A DNA stretch of 64,000 nt. It comes from Candidatus Aminicenantes bacterium (GTDB lineage Bacteria; Acidobacteriota; Aminicenantia; Aminicenantales; Saccharicenantaceae). Both the position numbers and the translations under genes were made by a program. The notes beneath the pieces were generated by a model. The model did not search any database. It saw only the letters and a program-made list of their open reading frames with translations, and was not told the origin of the DNA. Of this stretch, positions 1 to 9,340 are shown one piece after another. Numbering within the stretch: position 1 is the stretch's first letter; each line of letters begins with the position of its first letter. The stretch covers positions 451,213 to 515,212 of the forward strand of contig CAVWFA010000016.1 in assembly GCA_963754085.1 (NCBI GenBank), read 5' to 3'.

Positions 1-1285
1 AATCGTCCTGCGTGTAGCGGTCGAAGATGTCCTCGCGGGTCACGAGCAGCCGTTTGACCTGCGAGTCCGACTTGGGCACGAATTCGATGAGAAGCGTCCG
101 CCCGGCCCGGGCGAAGAAGCGGGCGGCCCGCTCCAAGGGGACGTTGTTGCCGATGGCCAGATGGTGGATGAGGGCCAGGGCCAGGACGGCGTCGGCCGGT
201 CCGCGCTCCAGGAACGACAGGCGCTCCATGTTCTCCCAGCCCGCGGCCGGACTCGGGTTGGCCAGGTCCATGAGCAGAGGCAGGATATTGGGCTCCTTAT
301 CGGCCCGGACGCGGAGGTAGTTCCTCTCGACGCAGGCCGGGTCGATATCGAACGAGACGACCTGGGCGCCCGCCGCCGCGGCCGCCCGGCTGAAGGTCCC
401 GATATTCCCGCCCAGGTCCCAGACGGACCTCGGCCGGACGTCGGCCACGAACGATTCGACGGCCCGCCGCTTGTCGGCCAGGCCGTCGGCCGTATAGTTC
501 GTATCCTCATAGTAGTCGGCCCACTCCGTTCCCGCGGGCCGCCAGCGGAGCTTGCGGGTCCCGGACTCGAGGGAATCGACGAGCCCGAGCAGCGCCTGCC
601 GGCCGACCTTCCGCCGGGTCACGGCGGCCTCGCGGCCTTCGTAGCGTTTCTGGCTCCGGGCGTGGAGATGGAGATGGAGGAGAAGGGAGGCGCGGCGGCG
701 GGACCTGAAGGGGAGGAGGGACGAGGCCAGGTCGAGCGGCAGGCCGTCGATGTGGACGCGGAGGAGCTGAGCCAGCCGGACGTCCCGCAGGGCCATCAGG
801 GCGAGGGGGGCCAGGAAATGCTGGCAGTACTGGCGATAGGCGGTCCAGGGCTCGCCTTCGACGGCCTGGCGCAGGGACAGGGTGTCGATGAGGACGGGCC
901 GGCCGCGCCTGAACTGGATATTGTAGGCGCTGGCGTCGACCAGGGTCAGGCCCCGCTGCAGGGCGCGCTTTTCGATCTCCAGAGTGGCCAGCGCGGCGTC
1001 CTGGAGCTGGCTGAAGCTCCACTCATAGGGATAGGAGATGAACGGGATCTCCTCGGGGCGGATCAGCTTGTAGATATCCTCGCGGCCTTCGAGGACGGCC
1101 GGCGCCTCTTCGTGCGGCACGAGAAGGCCCGCGGCGGTGAGCTCCTCATAGAGCCCCGAGGACATGAGGCGGTCATAATGGGACCGGCCCGGGGGAAGGA
1201 TGGCTCGATGGAGGACGCCGTCGCGGCGGAAGACGAAACCCGCGGGATCTCGGAAAGAGGAGGCGAGCGGGGCCTCAGGAGGCAT
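1..1285 (-). CDS. two-domain class I SAM-dependent methyltransferase (3' end cut by window edge)
   Basis: Absent from the ORF track because it runs off the window. My minus-strand translation from the ATG at 1285-1283 reads MPPEAPLASSFRDPAGFVFRRDGVLHRAI...YEDTNYTADGLADKRRAVESFVADVRPRSVWDLGGNIGTFSRAAAAAGAQVVSFDIDP...LALALIHHLAIGNNVP. This contains the motif I DLGGNIG and a post-I acidic residue. The start overlaps the upstream ORF stop by 11 nt. Confidence 0.8.
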   Translation of the reverse strand, partial: MPPEAPLASSFRDPAGFVFRRDGVLHRAILPPGRSHYDRLMSSGLYEELTAAGLLVPHEEAPAVLEGREDIYKLIRPEEIPFISYPYEWSFSQLQDAALATLEIEKRALQRGLTLVDASAYNIQFRRGRPVLIDTLSLRQAVEGEPWTAYRQYCQHFLAPLALMALRDVRLAQLLRVHIDGLPLDLASSLLPFRSRRRASLLLHLHLHARSQKRYEGREAAVTRRKVGRQALLGLVDSLESGTRKLRWRPAGTEWADYYEDTNYTADGLADKRRAVESFVADVRPRSVWDLGGNIGTFSRAAAAAGAQVVSFDIDPACVERNYLRVRADKEPNILPLLMDLANPSPAAGWENMERLSFLERGPADAVLALALIHHLAIGNNVPLERAARFFARAGRTLLIEFVPKSDSQVKRLLVTREDIFDRYTQDD

Positions 1286-1535
1286 CGGCGCCCCCGCCTT
1301 TCTTAGCCCCGAAGGTCTTGCGGAGGAAGGCTGCGATCTTCTTCCAGAAGACCTTGATCGAGAAGGCCAATCCGACGGCGAAGGCGATGGCGATCTGAAG
1401 GACGTAGCTGCCGGTGCCGGGGTCGATGTAGCCGGCCGCGTTCCCGGCCAGCAGGCCGCCTCCGAGAACGAGACCCGTCGCCAGGATCCGCCAGGCGTGT
1501 GTTCGCATCATGGGACCTTCCTTTTGCCCGGTCAT
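1275..1535 (-). CDS. small membrane protein (2 predicted TM helices), hypothetical
   Basis: 86-aa ORF with hydrophobic segments WRILATGLVLGGGLLAG and YVLQIAIAFAVGLAFSI. It has an ATGA overlap with the DUF362 gene stop and an 11-nt overlap with the methyltransferase start, which suggests a coupled operon. Confidence 0.5.
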   Translation of the reverse strand: MTGQKEGPMMRTHAWRILATGLVLGGGLLAGNAAGYIDPGTGSYVLQIAIAFAVGLAFSIKVFWKKIAAFLRKTFGAKKGGGADAS

Positions 1536-2554
1536 GGGGTCTTCGGGGCCCGGAGCTGGGCGTATTCGGGGTCGAGGACGAAGTCGGAACGGAACCGGTC
1601 GACCGCGCCGCCGGCGACCTGGATGTCCGCAGGGCGGAGGGAGCCCAGGCGGAGCTTGTGGGCCATGGCCAGGTAATCGACGCGGGCCGGGTCGACCCCC
1701 ATGACCCGGGCCGCCGTGGCGTCCACGGCCAGGGCGTTGTCCCCCATGACCAGGACGCCGGCCTTCCGGGCCGTGCCCATGATGGGGCCGTGGCCTTCCA
1801 TCCCGACGACGCCGTCGACGACCGTGTAGTGCGTCTTGACCGTGCCGTTGATCTCACAGATGCTGAGCGGGATGCCGTTCCAGTGCAGCGTGTTCTTCGG
1901 CCAGCCGTAGACCATCCCCGGCAGGATGCCGAACATGTTCTTCAGGCTCAAGGTGATCCCGGCCAGCTTATGGGTCTTCAGCTTGGGCACGGAGATGAGG
2001 ACGTCGGCCTCGCCGATCGTCCGGGGCAGGGCGATCTCCCGCAGCAGGGTCGCTTTGGGATTGACGCATTTCACGGGCGTGAGGTCGTCGTAATTGAGAT
2101 CGACGAGACGGACCCCCTGGCGCCGGGCCAGGGCTTCGTATCCGGCCCGCCGGAAAAGATCCTCCGCGTCGCGGTTGTGCGAGGTCCCCTCGGCCAGGAC
2201 GATCTCCCGGGCGCCGAGGTCGGCGAGATGGGCGACGAGCGCCTCGATCAGGCGCGGGTCGGTGTGGATCGGCCGGTCCGGAGAGACGTCGACCATGTTC
2301 GGCTTGACGACGACGCGCTTGCCCCGGACATCGGGGGGGCGGCTCGACCGCCAGCCGGTCCGGAGCGCGGCGGCCAGGGTTTCCCGGCCGTAGTCGGGGC
2401 AGGGGACGAGCGCCACCTGGAGCAGGGGACCGGGGGAGGTCTGTTGCGCGGCCTGCGGGAGGCCTCCGGCCAGGGCGGCGGCGGGCCAGGCCGAGAGGGC
2501 GGACGTCCCGGCCAAGCGCATGAACTCCCGGCGGGACACGCCCCTGCGGCTCAT
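1532..2554 (-). CDS. DUF362 domain protein with twin-arginine (Tat) signal
   Basis: 340 aa. The N-terminus MSRRGVSRREFMRLAGTSALSAWPAAALA is Tat-like. Motifs VVVKPNMVD and GHGPIMG are typical of DUF362. Confidence 0.8.
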   Translation of the reverse strand: MSRRGVSRREFMRLAGTSALSAWPAAALAGGLPQAAQQTSPGPLLQVALVPCPDYGRETLAAALRTGWRSSRPPDVRGKRVVVKPNMVDVSPDRPIHTDPRLIEALVAHLADLGAREIVLAEGTSHNRDAEDLFRRAGYEALARRQGVRLVDLNYDDLTPVKCVNPKATLLREIALPRTIGEADVLISVPKLKTHKLAGITLSLKNMFGILPGMVYGWPKNTLHWNGIPLSICEINGTVKTHYTVVDGVVGMEGHGPIMGTARKAGVLVMGDNALAVDATAARVMGVDPARVDYLAMAHKLRLGSLRPADIQVAGGAVDRFRSDFVLDPEYAQLRAPKTP

Positions 2555-3474
2555 TGGCCGGCTCCCGGAAGGGAGATGAGGATGGGGGCGTCGCTCAGGA
2601 CGAGATAGGCGAGCGACGTCTCGAACGGATTGCCGCGGAAGCCGCCGTCATTCGCCTGGAGCCGGGACAAGCGGTCCGCGACCCCGGCCACGGACGAGGC
2701 GCCGGCCGGGAAGCTCTTCAGGGCCAGCAGGGCCCAAGCCAGGGAGGCGGTGCTGACATCGCGGCCGAGCATGTCCTTGAGGAAGCGGAGGCCGGCCCCC
2801 ACGGCGGAGCGGCTTTCCGGAAGCCCCGCGGCGCCGAGGGCGACAAGGGCCAGGGCCGTCGACATGGTGCTGGCCTCGAGCTCGTAGGACTTGCTGTAGG
2901 GGTTGCCGAAGTTCCAGCCACCCGAGCGGACCCGGCGGTCCAGGATGAGCTTGACGCCCGACTCGACCCTCTTCTCGGTCGCCGGGACGCCGGCGCGGCG
3001 CAGAGCGATGATAAACAGAGATGTCGGCTCGACCCAGGCCGTCGTCCGGGGCGTCCAGGACCAGCCCGGGATCGAGGCATCGTAGCGGTAGCGCTCGGCG
3101 ACGACGGCGATCTCTTCCTTGCTGAACCGGCCCGAGGCGTCCTCGAAGCCGAGGATCCAATCCTTGAGCCGCTGCTCCTCGGGGCCCGCGCCGAGGGCGT
3201 GAAAGGCCAGCAGGGCGGCGTAAGCCATCCACCCGCCGTCCGCGTCCCGGGGTCCTATGCCGACGGCGCCGGACGCCTTCTGACAGGACTTGAGAAAGGC
3301 CAGGCCCCGGCCGGCTTCGACCGTTGCACCCGCAGCTTGGAGGGCGATCGCGCCAAGACCCGTGGGTTCGACGAGGCTCTCGCGGCCGGCCGCATAGCCC
3401 CAACCGCCGTCGGGATTCTGCCGGGCCTTGAGGAAGTCGATCGCCTGGGAAAGACGGGGGCTCATCATCGGCAC
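2551..3474 (-). CDS. prenyltransferase / squalene-hopene-cyclase-like repeat protein
   Basis: 307 aa (GTG start) with repeated QxxDGGW-type motifs (QNPDGGWGY, DADGGWMAY, VRSGGWNFG, ANDGGFRG). It overlaps the DUF362 start by 4 nt. Confidence 0.7.
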   Translation of the reverse strand: MPMMSPRLSQAIDFLKARQNPDGGWGYAAGRESLVEPTGLGAIALQAAGATVEAGRGLAFLKSCQKASGAVGIGPRDADGGWMAYAALLAFHALGAGPEEQRLKDWILGFEDASGRFSKEEIAVVAERYRYDASIPGWSWTPRTTAWVEPTSLFIIALRRAGVPATEKRVESGVKLILDRRVRSGGWNFGNPYSKSYELEASTMSTALALVALGAAGLPESRSAVGAGLRFLKDMLGRDVSTASLAWALLALKSFPAGASSVAGVADRLSRLQANDGGFRGNPFETSLAYLVLSDAPILISLPGAGQ

Positions 3475-3483
3475 TTTCGGCTC

Positions 3484-3512
3484 ATTATACCCGCGAGGCC
3501 GCGTTTTGTATA
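3484..3512 (-). promoter_or_regulatory. putative sigma-70 promoter of the prenyltransferase-like operon
   Basis: Minus strand reads TATACA-N17-TATAAT. The -10 ends 11 nt before the GTG start at 3474. Confidence 0.35.
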
Positions 3513-3532
3513 GGCGACGGCTGTGCTATAAT
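3506..3532 (+). promoter_or_regulatory. putative extended -10 promoter of plsC
   Basis: TTGTAT-N15-(TGc)TATAAT. A perfect -10 carries an upstream TG and ends 10 nt before the TTG start at 3543. Confidence 0.35.
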
Positions 3533-3542
3533 CGGGCCCGCC

Positions 3543-4268
3543 TTGATCCGAACCGCGCTTCTCGTCGTCTTCTACGTCGCCGTCGTCATCGTCCTCACGC
3601 CGGTCATCCTTTTCTGCATGCTGACCGGGCTCAGGGACCCGCTCGTCTCCATCGGCTTGTGGGCCATGCGGGTCAGCCGCCGCGTTCTCGGCATCACGAT
3701 CGAAGCCGAGGGCATCGAGCGGCTCGACGCGCACATCCCCAGCGTCTACATGCCGAACCACGCCAGCTTCATCGACGGCCCGCTGGTCATGGTGCTCATC
3801 CCCGGGGTGGCCCGGGTCATCCTCAAGCAGTCCGTCCTGCGCATCCCGGTCGTCGGCATGGGCATGCGCCACGTGGGGTTCGTCCCCGTGGACCGCAAGG
3901 GCGCCGCAGGCGGGAAAAGGAGCATCGCCCGGGCCGTCCGGCTCATGCGGACGCGGGGCTACTCGTTCCTCATCTTCCCGGAAGGGACCCGCAGCCGCGA
4001 CGGCCGCTTGGGGCCGTTCCGCCGGGGCGGCTTCTTTCTGGCCCTCGAGGGCGGCGCCCCGATCGTGCCGGTGACCATCGTCGGAACGCGCGAGCTCATG
4101 CCCAAGAAGCAGTGGTTCGCCAGGCGGGGCAAAGTCCGGGTCATCTTCCACGAGCCCATCGCCGTCGCGGGCTACACGTCCGAGACCATGAGCGGCTTGA
4201 TGGAGGAGGTCCGGGGGGCGATCCTGTCGGTCGAGGGCGCCGAGGCCGGCGGGGGGAGGAGATCCTGA
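3543..4268 (+). CDS. plsC: 1-acyl-sn-glycerol-3-phosphate acyltransferase
   Basis: 241 aa with an N-terminal TM helix, an NHxxxxD box (PNHASFIDGP) and an FPEGTRSRDG box. Confidence 0.85.
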   Translation: MIRTALLVVFYVAVVIVLTPVILFCMLTGLRDPLVSIGLWAMRVSRRVLGITIEAEGIERLDAHIPSVYMPNHASFIDGPLVMVLIPGVARVILKQSVLRIPVVGMGMRHVGFVPVDRKGAAGGKRSIARAVRLMRTRGYSFLIFPEGTRSRDGRLGPFRRGGFFLALEGGAPIVPVTIVGTRELMPKKQWFARRGKVRVIFHEPIAVAGYTSETMSGLMEEVRGAILSVEGAEAGGGRRS

Positions 4269-4876
4269 TGAGCGGAAAGACCCGGAAGAAGCGACAGGCC
4301 GGCGCCGCGCCGGAGCGGGACTTGGCCGAGCTCGTCGGCATCCTCGGCCGATTCATCCGGTCGCGCGGCGCCGTTCTCGAGGCCGCGGCCGGGGCCGCCG
4401 CCGCGGCCCTCCGGTCCGGCGGCAAGGTCTTGATCTTCGGCAACGGGGGGAGCGCGGCCGAAGCCCAGCACTTCGCCGCGGAGCTGGTCAACGGCCTGGC
4501 CCGGGGGGACGGGCCGCCACTGCCGGCCATCGCCCTGAGCACGGACACATCCTGTCTGACGGCCGTCGGCAACGACCGCGGCTTCGACCGGGTCTTCAGC
4601 CGGCAGATCGAGGCCCTGGGCCGGGCCGGGGATGTGGCCGTCGCCTTGACGACGAGCGGCCGTTCGCCTAACGTCCTCAGGGCCCTGCGGTCGGCCCGGG
4701 CGAAAGGCTTGATCACGATCGGCCTGACGGGCCGGGGCGGAGGCGCCGTTGCGCCCCTGGCCGACTACCTTCTCGACGTGACCTCAGGCTCGACCGCCCG
4801 CATTCAAGAGGCGCATCTGTTCATTCTCCACTTTTTGGCCGGCCGCTTGGAAGAGGCGCAGGCTTCGGGGGAATGA
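4268..4876 (+). CDS. gmhA: SIS-domain phosphoheptose isomerase (GmhA/DiaA family)
   Basis: ATG at 4268 overlaps the plsC stop (TGATG). The sequence has LIFGNGGSAAEAQHFAAELV, TTSGRSPNV and IQEAHLFILH. It is the C-terminal part of track ORF 3428..4876. Confidence 0.8.
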   Translation: MSGKTRKKRQAGAAPERDLAELVGILGRFIRSRGAVLEAAAGAAAAALRSGGKVLIFGNGGSAAEAQHFAAELVNGLARGDGPPLPAIALSTDTSCLTAVGNDRGFDRVFSRQIEALGRAGDVAVALTTSGRSPNVLRALRSARAKGLITIGLTGRGGGAVAPLADYLLDVTSGSTARIQEAHLFILHFLAGRLEEAQASGE

Positions 4877-4901
4877 GAAGAGACGATCGAGACGGAAAAG
4901 G

Positions 4902-4919
4902 GTCAGCGCCGGGGCTGAC
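4902..4919. terminator. hairpin between convergent genes (possible bidirectional terminator)
   Basis: GTCAGC-gccggg-GCTGAC lies between the gmhA stop (4876) and the convergent stop at 4922. No clear U-tract. Confidence 0.3.
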
Positions 4920-4921
4920 GC

Positions 4922-5545
4922 TCAGGGGCCGGTCCGGCCGGGGATCTTTCTGGCCGCGGCGCCCTTGCCGATCTGCGCTTCGATCCGGGCCTGCTGCGCC
5001 TGGGCCTTGAGGAGCCGCTGGTTCGTCTCGTCGAGCTGTTGCTGGATGACGTAGCTGGGGACCATGGCGTCCTGGTTTTCGATCTGCTGCCGCAGGGAGT
5101 TCATCTTGGTCGTCAGGAGGTCGACCAGCTCGTTGGCCGCCTTGAGCCGGGCCTCGAGCGTCCCGCCGACTTCGGCCTGGTCGCGATCAGGGTCGCCCAT
5201 GATCAACGGACCGTTCGGCGCTACGGAGGGCACGATGCGCCGGCTCTGGGGCGCCCCCGAGCCGGAGGGCGAGTTGGCGGATTCGCCTTCATCGGGAACA
5301 GTGGCCGGCTCGAAGCCCTGAGCTTCGGCCCCGGCCGCCTCTCCGGATTCCGTCTCCGGCGGCGTGATCTCGACCCCGGGGAGCTTCTTGACGCGCAGGA
5401 GGCCGGCGTTCGTGATGACGACCGCGTGGGGGCCTTTGAGACTCTCCCTCCGGGCTTTTTCCTTTTTGGCCAGTTCGGCCAGGCTCTGGGCGCCGAGGGA
5501 GGCGGCCAAGGCGAGGACGGCGACAAAGATCAATGCTTTCTTCAT
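4922..5545 (-). CDS. secreted coiled-coil protein, hypothetical (paralog of 16921..17574)
   Basis: Start chosen at MKKALIFVAVLALAASLGAQ (signal peptide), then SLAELAKKEKARRESLKG. The C-terminus is heptad-like: LVDLLTTKMNSLRQQIENQ...QAQQARIEAQ. It is the last gene downstream of pilY1. Confidence 0.6.
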   Translation of the reverse strand: MKKALIFVAVLALAASLGAQSLAELAKKEKARRESLKGPHAVVITNAGLLRVKKLPGVEITPPETESGEAAGAEAQGFEPATVPDEGESANSPSGSGAPQSRRIVPSVAPNGPLIMGDPDRDQAEVGGTLEARLKAANELVDLLTTKMNSLRQQIENQDAMVPSYVIQQQLDETNQRLLKAQAQQARIEAQIGKGAAARKIPGRTGP

Positions 5546-5611
5546 GATGGATCGGATCCTATTATCTCTCGCCCCCCCGCCGTCTGTCAAACGCGGCGGG
5601 GGGGGCGGTCG

Positions 5612-8600
5612 TTATCTGATGATCCTGTAGATCTCCCGCCAGGATTTGATCCGCATGAGAGAGCCGATCGGCTGCTCCAGCTTCTCCAGCGTGGAGTCGT
5701 ATTCCTGGACGTAGATCTCGCGCTTGTTGACGCGGCCGGCCACCCGCTCCGCCTCGCCGACGGTCACGGCGCGGCGGGCCTTGCTGATGAGGTCGAGGTA
5801 TTCGGGGGGGGTGATCGCCGTCGTCTTGAAGGCGGTCCCGCCGACGGGGATGGCCGAGGTATAGCGAATGTAGCGGGCGTAGAGCCGGCCCGCTTCGCCG
5901 AGGTTGACGCAAGGATTGACGGCCTCGATGCTGCCCCGGAGCGTGCTGAAGTAGACGACCTGATCGGCGATGATCGGGTCGGCCCAGACCTTGCTGCCTT
6001 GGCCCAGCTCGCCCCGCTGATAGGAGGCGTCCCGGTTGAGCCGGGCGGGCACGCCCAGGTACCATTCCACGGTGGCCGCGTTGCCGCCGTTGTCGATGAG
6101 GCCGACGAACGAATAGTCCCTGTTGTCCGGCGCGAGGTCGTCGCCGCCCGTGCCGAAGTAGACGCGGGCCCGGGCCGGACCGCCTTCCAGGGGATCGGCC
6201 CATACGGCCGGCTTGGTGACGATGGGGTAGTTGAGATAGTCGGTGTAGATCGCCGTGGGGGTCCAGCCCGACGGATTCGTGCCGGTCACGTTCAGGCGGT
6301 AGAGCCGGCCGTCGAGATCGCCGACGAACACGGAGTCGGTGAAGCCGTTCTGGTCGAGGTCGATGGCCGTCGGCGAGCCCGGGATGGTCGCGACGATGTT
6401 CGCATAGCTATAGGCCGCCCGCGCGCCGGAGAGGCTGGCCGTATTGACTTGCGAGACATCGCTCGTGGCGGTGATGAACTCGCCCGTATCCATCCGGACG
6501 ATGTAGAATCGCCGGCCGAGGCTGAAGCTCCCGGACTTGACGTTGTCGTAGCCCGAGCCCATGAAGGCCACCCAGCGGGCCGTCCCGGAATGGCTGACTT
6601 TCCCGACGGCCGGGGTCGACCAGGTCTCGCCCATGCTCGGGTAGGTCCTGTTCCCGGACCTGTAGGTGTGCGTGATCTCCCAGAGGGGCCGAGGATCGGC
6701 GGGGTCGGTGACGTCGAGGGCCCAGTAGTAGTTGATGGCGCCGGTGATGTTCCCGCTGCCGAGGATGCTGCCGAAGCCGGGTCCCTGGCCGGTGACGAGG
6801 ACCGTTCTCCAGGCCCCGTTGATCAGGACGTCGGCCACGGCCGGGGAGCCGTCACAGTAGACGTCGTGGGCGTAAAAGCGCGCATTGTTGGCGGCGTCGA
6901 CCGCGTACATGTTCCGGAGCTTGGGGAGGAGATTGTAGGGAATGAACCCCCAGAGCTCTTCGCCCGTGGCGACGTCGAAGCAGTGGAGCATGCCGTCGTT
7001 GGCCCCGACGTAGAGGACCTTCGGTCGCGCGGCATGGGCCTCTTTGAACTCGGCGTAGCCCGTCCCCATGTAGGCGGAATCTTGCGCAGGCGGGCCGACG
7101 ACGACCGGCGTCGAGTGATTGATGTCGCCCAGCTTCCAATAGCGGTTCGTGCCCCGGACGAAATCGACCAGCCCGGCGTTGTCGTTGTTGACGTCCTTCA
7201 GGCACCAGGCCAGGGTCCCGGCGGTCGACGGGTTGCCGACGTTGGTCCGGACGAAGTTCGTCCGGACGAGCGGATTGGTCACGGTGCCGCCCGCCCGAAG
7301 GGCCGTGTAGATCGTTCGCGTATCGGGGTTCCGGTCGTCGAGGAGCTGACCGGCGTCCCAATAGATCCCAGCCCCGGGGATCAGGGTCCGGCCGGTGGCG
7401 TCGTTGAGGTCGGAGGTGGAGATCGTCTGCAGCTCCGAGTTCGTCCCGGCGGCGAACGAGACCCCGGTCATGTCGTAGGCCCGGATCTGGCCCTCCCAGC
7501 CGGGGAAGATGAAGGACGAGCCGATGACGAGCTTCTTGTCGAGGCCGCTTTCCGTGACGATGGTCGCGGCGGCCGAGGCGCGGGAATACTCCCGCCGGTC
7601 GACGTAGATGAACTCGATCTGGAGGTCGTCGACATAGGGCGTCTCGAACGAGGCGTGCTGGTAATCCACCATGGGATCCTCTTCCGCCGTCAGGACGACC
7701 CGCCAGCGGAGGTCGGCCCCGAAGTTCTTGAAATCGTACCAGGCCAGGTTCGTCCGGTTGACGATGCCCGCCGCGGAGAAGGTCTGATAGATCTCCCAGC
7801 TCTGGCCGCCGTTGTTGGAAAAGAGGAGCTGGACAGCCAGCCCGGCGCTCGAGCCGCTGAGGACACCCTGTCGGAGGGAGCTGACCCGGACTCGGGTGAC
7901 GGCGTGGAGGCGGGGATCGAGGAGGCCGGTGCCGACGTTGGTCGACGTCGCCTGACCGTAAAGCTCGAAGACGTTGGCCAGCTCGTTCTCGATGTAATAG
8001 TAGTCGCCCGAATGGTTGGCGTCGGCGACGACGATGTCCATGTCGCCGTCGTGGTCGTAGTCGAGCGCCGTGGCCATGTCGATGTCGTAGGGCGAAGGCG
8101 TCGGGGCCGTGCAGGCGTTGAGGCACTGGAACAGCCAGTTGACGTCGCCGTTGACGAGGCCGCGGTTGCGCAGGAACCAGATCCGGGCCTGGGGAACACT
8201 GCCGTAGGCCGAGTCCGTGGCCACGAAAAGGTCCGGCCGGCCGTCGCCGGTGAAGTCGTCGGCCAGGATGCCGACCACGGCGACGCAGGTGGCGTTGGTG
8301 ATAGCGATCTCGTTGCGGGCGAAATGGCCCGTGCCGTCGTTCTCGTAGTAGACGAGGTAGGGGGTCGTGCCGACCGTGCCGGCGACCACGTCGACGTCGC
8401 CGTCGCCGTCGAAATCGGCGGCGGCCACGGCCGAGCCGCCGGGAGTGCCGTTGAAGCCGGTCCGGGCGTCGTAAGACAGCTCGGTGATGCTCCAGCTGGC
8501 CAGGTTAAAGTTGCCGGGGCCCGGGTTCCGGAGGAGGTAGACCCTGTCCTGGCTGATCGCCAGGATATCGACGTCGCCGTCCCGGTCGATGTCGACGGAG

Positions 8601-9316
8601 CAGAGGTGGTTGGCCGCCCAGAAGATGTAGATCGGGACGGCCTGGAAGCGCGCGGTGAAATCGAGGTTCGGACTGATGTGGGCAGCCCGGAAATGAGGGG
8701 CCGTCGCGGTGCCGATGTTGATGTACATCACGGCCATGAAGTTCGTGTAGCCGAACTGGTCGGCGCCGTTGCGCATCAGCATGAAATCGAGCAGGCCGTC
8801 GCCGTTATAGTCCCCGGCCGTCATCGAGGCCGGGCCGGTATGAGTGTTGAAGCTGTCATATGAAGTCGCCATGTCCACGGTAAAGAGGGGCGGCGCGCCC
8901 AGGTTGGTGGGATAGTTGCTCGGGATCAGGCGAAGCTCGGAATAGGGGGTGCCTGCGGTCACAGGGAATTCCCCGGTGATGTCCAATCCGACGAGATCGG
9001 GGTAGCCGTCCCCGGTGAAGTCGCCGGAGGCGCACTGGTAGATCCGGCGGCCCATCCGGTCGGCCGAGCCGACGACGAAGTTCGAGCCTAGGCGCGGCAG
9101 GGTGATGGGGCCGGCGGGCCAGGCGGCGACGGAGCTTTGGGAGAGGTCCTTGAAATTGACGGTGTCGAAGTTCTCGGCGAAGGACCGCGTATACTCGGTG
9201 CAAACCTGGGCCACCTGCGGCCAGAGGCGCGGCACGACGACGGCCGCGGCGACGGCGACGCAGAGGACGGCGAGAACATTCAGGCTCCCTTGGCGCTTCA
9301 AGCCTTTGTGGTTCAT
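5612..9316 (-). CDS. PilY1-like type IV pilus tip adhesin with N-terminal FG-GAP/VCBS-type repeats
   Basis: 1234 aa. Repeated DFxGDGxxD motifs occur (GDFTGDGYPD, GDYNGDGLLD, DIDRDGDVD, ADFDGDGDVD, DDFTGDGRPD, DYDHDGDMD). The C-terminal half carries the PilY1 propeller signature: WKLGDINHSTPVVVGPP...VLYVGANDGMLHCFDVATGEELWGFIPYNLLPKL. Confidence 0.8.
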   Translation of the reverse strand: MNHKGLKRQGSLNVLAVLCVAVAAAVVVPRLWPQVAQVCTEYTRSFAENFDTVNFKDLSQSSVAAWPAGPITLPRLGSNFVVGSADRMGRRIYQCASGDFTGDGYPDLVGLDITGEFPVTAGTPYSELRLIPSNYPTNLGAPPLFTVDMATSYDSFNTHTGPASMTAGDYNGDGLLDFMLMRNGADQFGYTNFMAVMYINIGTATAPHFRAAHISPNLDFTARFQAVPIYIFWAANHLCSVDIDRDGDVDILAISQDRVYLLRNPGPGNFNLASWSITELSYDARTGFNGTPGGSAVAAADFDGDGDVDVVAGTVGTTPYLVYYENDGTGHFARNEIAITNATCVAVVGILADDFTGDGRPDLFVATDSAYGSVPQARIWFLRNRGLVNGDVNWLFQCLNACTAPTPSPYDIDMATALDYDHDGDMDIVVADANHSGDYYYIENELANVFELYGQATSTNVGTGLLDPRLHAVTRVRVSSLRQGVLSGSSAGLAVQLLFSNNGGQSWEIYQTFSAAGIVNRTNLAWYDFKNFGADLRWRVVLTAEEDPMVDYQHASFETPYVDDLQIEFIYVDRREYSRASAAATIVTESGLDKKLVIGSSFIFPGWEGQIRAYDMTGVSFAAGTNSELQTISTSDLNDATGRTLIPGAGIYWDAGQLLDDRNPDTRTIYTALRAGGTVTNPLVRTNFVRTNVGNPSTAGTLAWCLKDVNNDNAGLVDFVRGTNRYWKLGDINHSTPVVVGPPAQDSAYMGTGYAEFKEAHAARPKVLYVGANDGMLHCFDVATGEELWGFIPYNLLPKLRNMYAVDAANNARFYAHDVYCDGSPAVADVLINGAWRTVLVTGQGPGFGSILGSGNITGAINYYWALDVTDPADPRPLWEITHTYRSGNRTYPSMGETWSTPAVGKVSHSGTARWVAFMGSGYDNVKSGSFSLGRRFYIVRMDTGEFITATSDVSQVNTASLSGARAAYSYANIVATIPGSPTAIDLDQNGFTDSVFVGDLDGRLYRLNVTGTNPSGWTPTAIYTDYLNYPIVTKPAVWADPLEGGPARARVYFGTGGDDLAPDNRDYSFVGLIDNGGNAATVEWYLGVPARLNRDASYQRGELGQGSKVWADPIIADQVVYFSTLRGSIEAVNPCVNLGEAGRLYARYIRYTSAIPVGGTAFKTTAITPPEYLDLISKARRAVTVGEAERVAGRVNKREIYVQEYDSTLEKLEQPIGSLMRIKSWREIYRIIR

Positions 9317-9340
9317 GGCATATCCCCTTTTCTTGGGGTC

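Noticed and set aside
5039-8863. A 1274-aa plus-strand ORF, together with many other long ORFs in the track (for example 161..1306, 1499..2608, 12353..14635, 12105..14195, 28227..30740, 17050..18489, 53126..55711, 44902..46509).
   Set aside because: These are GC-rich shadow frames. Their translations are Arg/Gly/Asp/Pro/Ala low-complexity with no recognisable motifs. Each lies antisense to, or out of frame with, a gene that has clear family signatures (PilY1, aminotransferase, LeuRS, ComEC, PtsI, RecJ).
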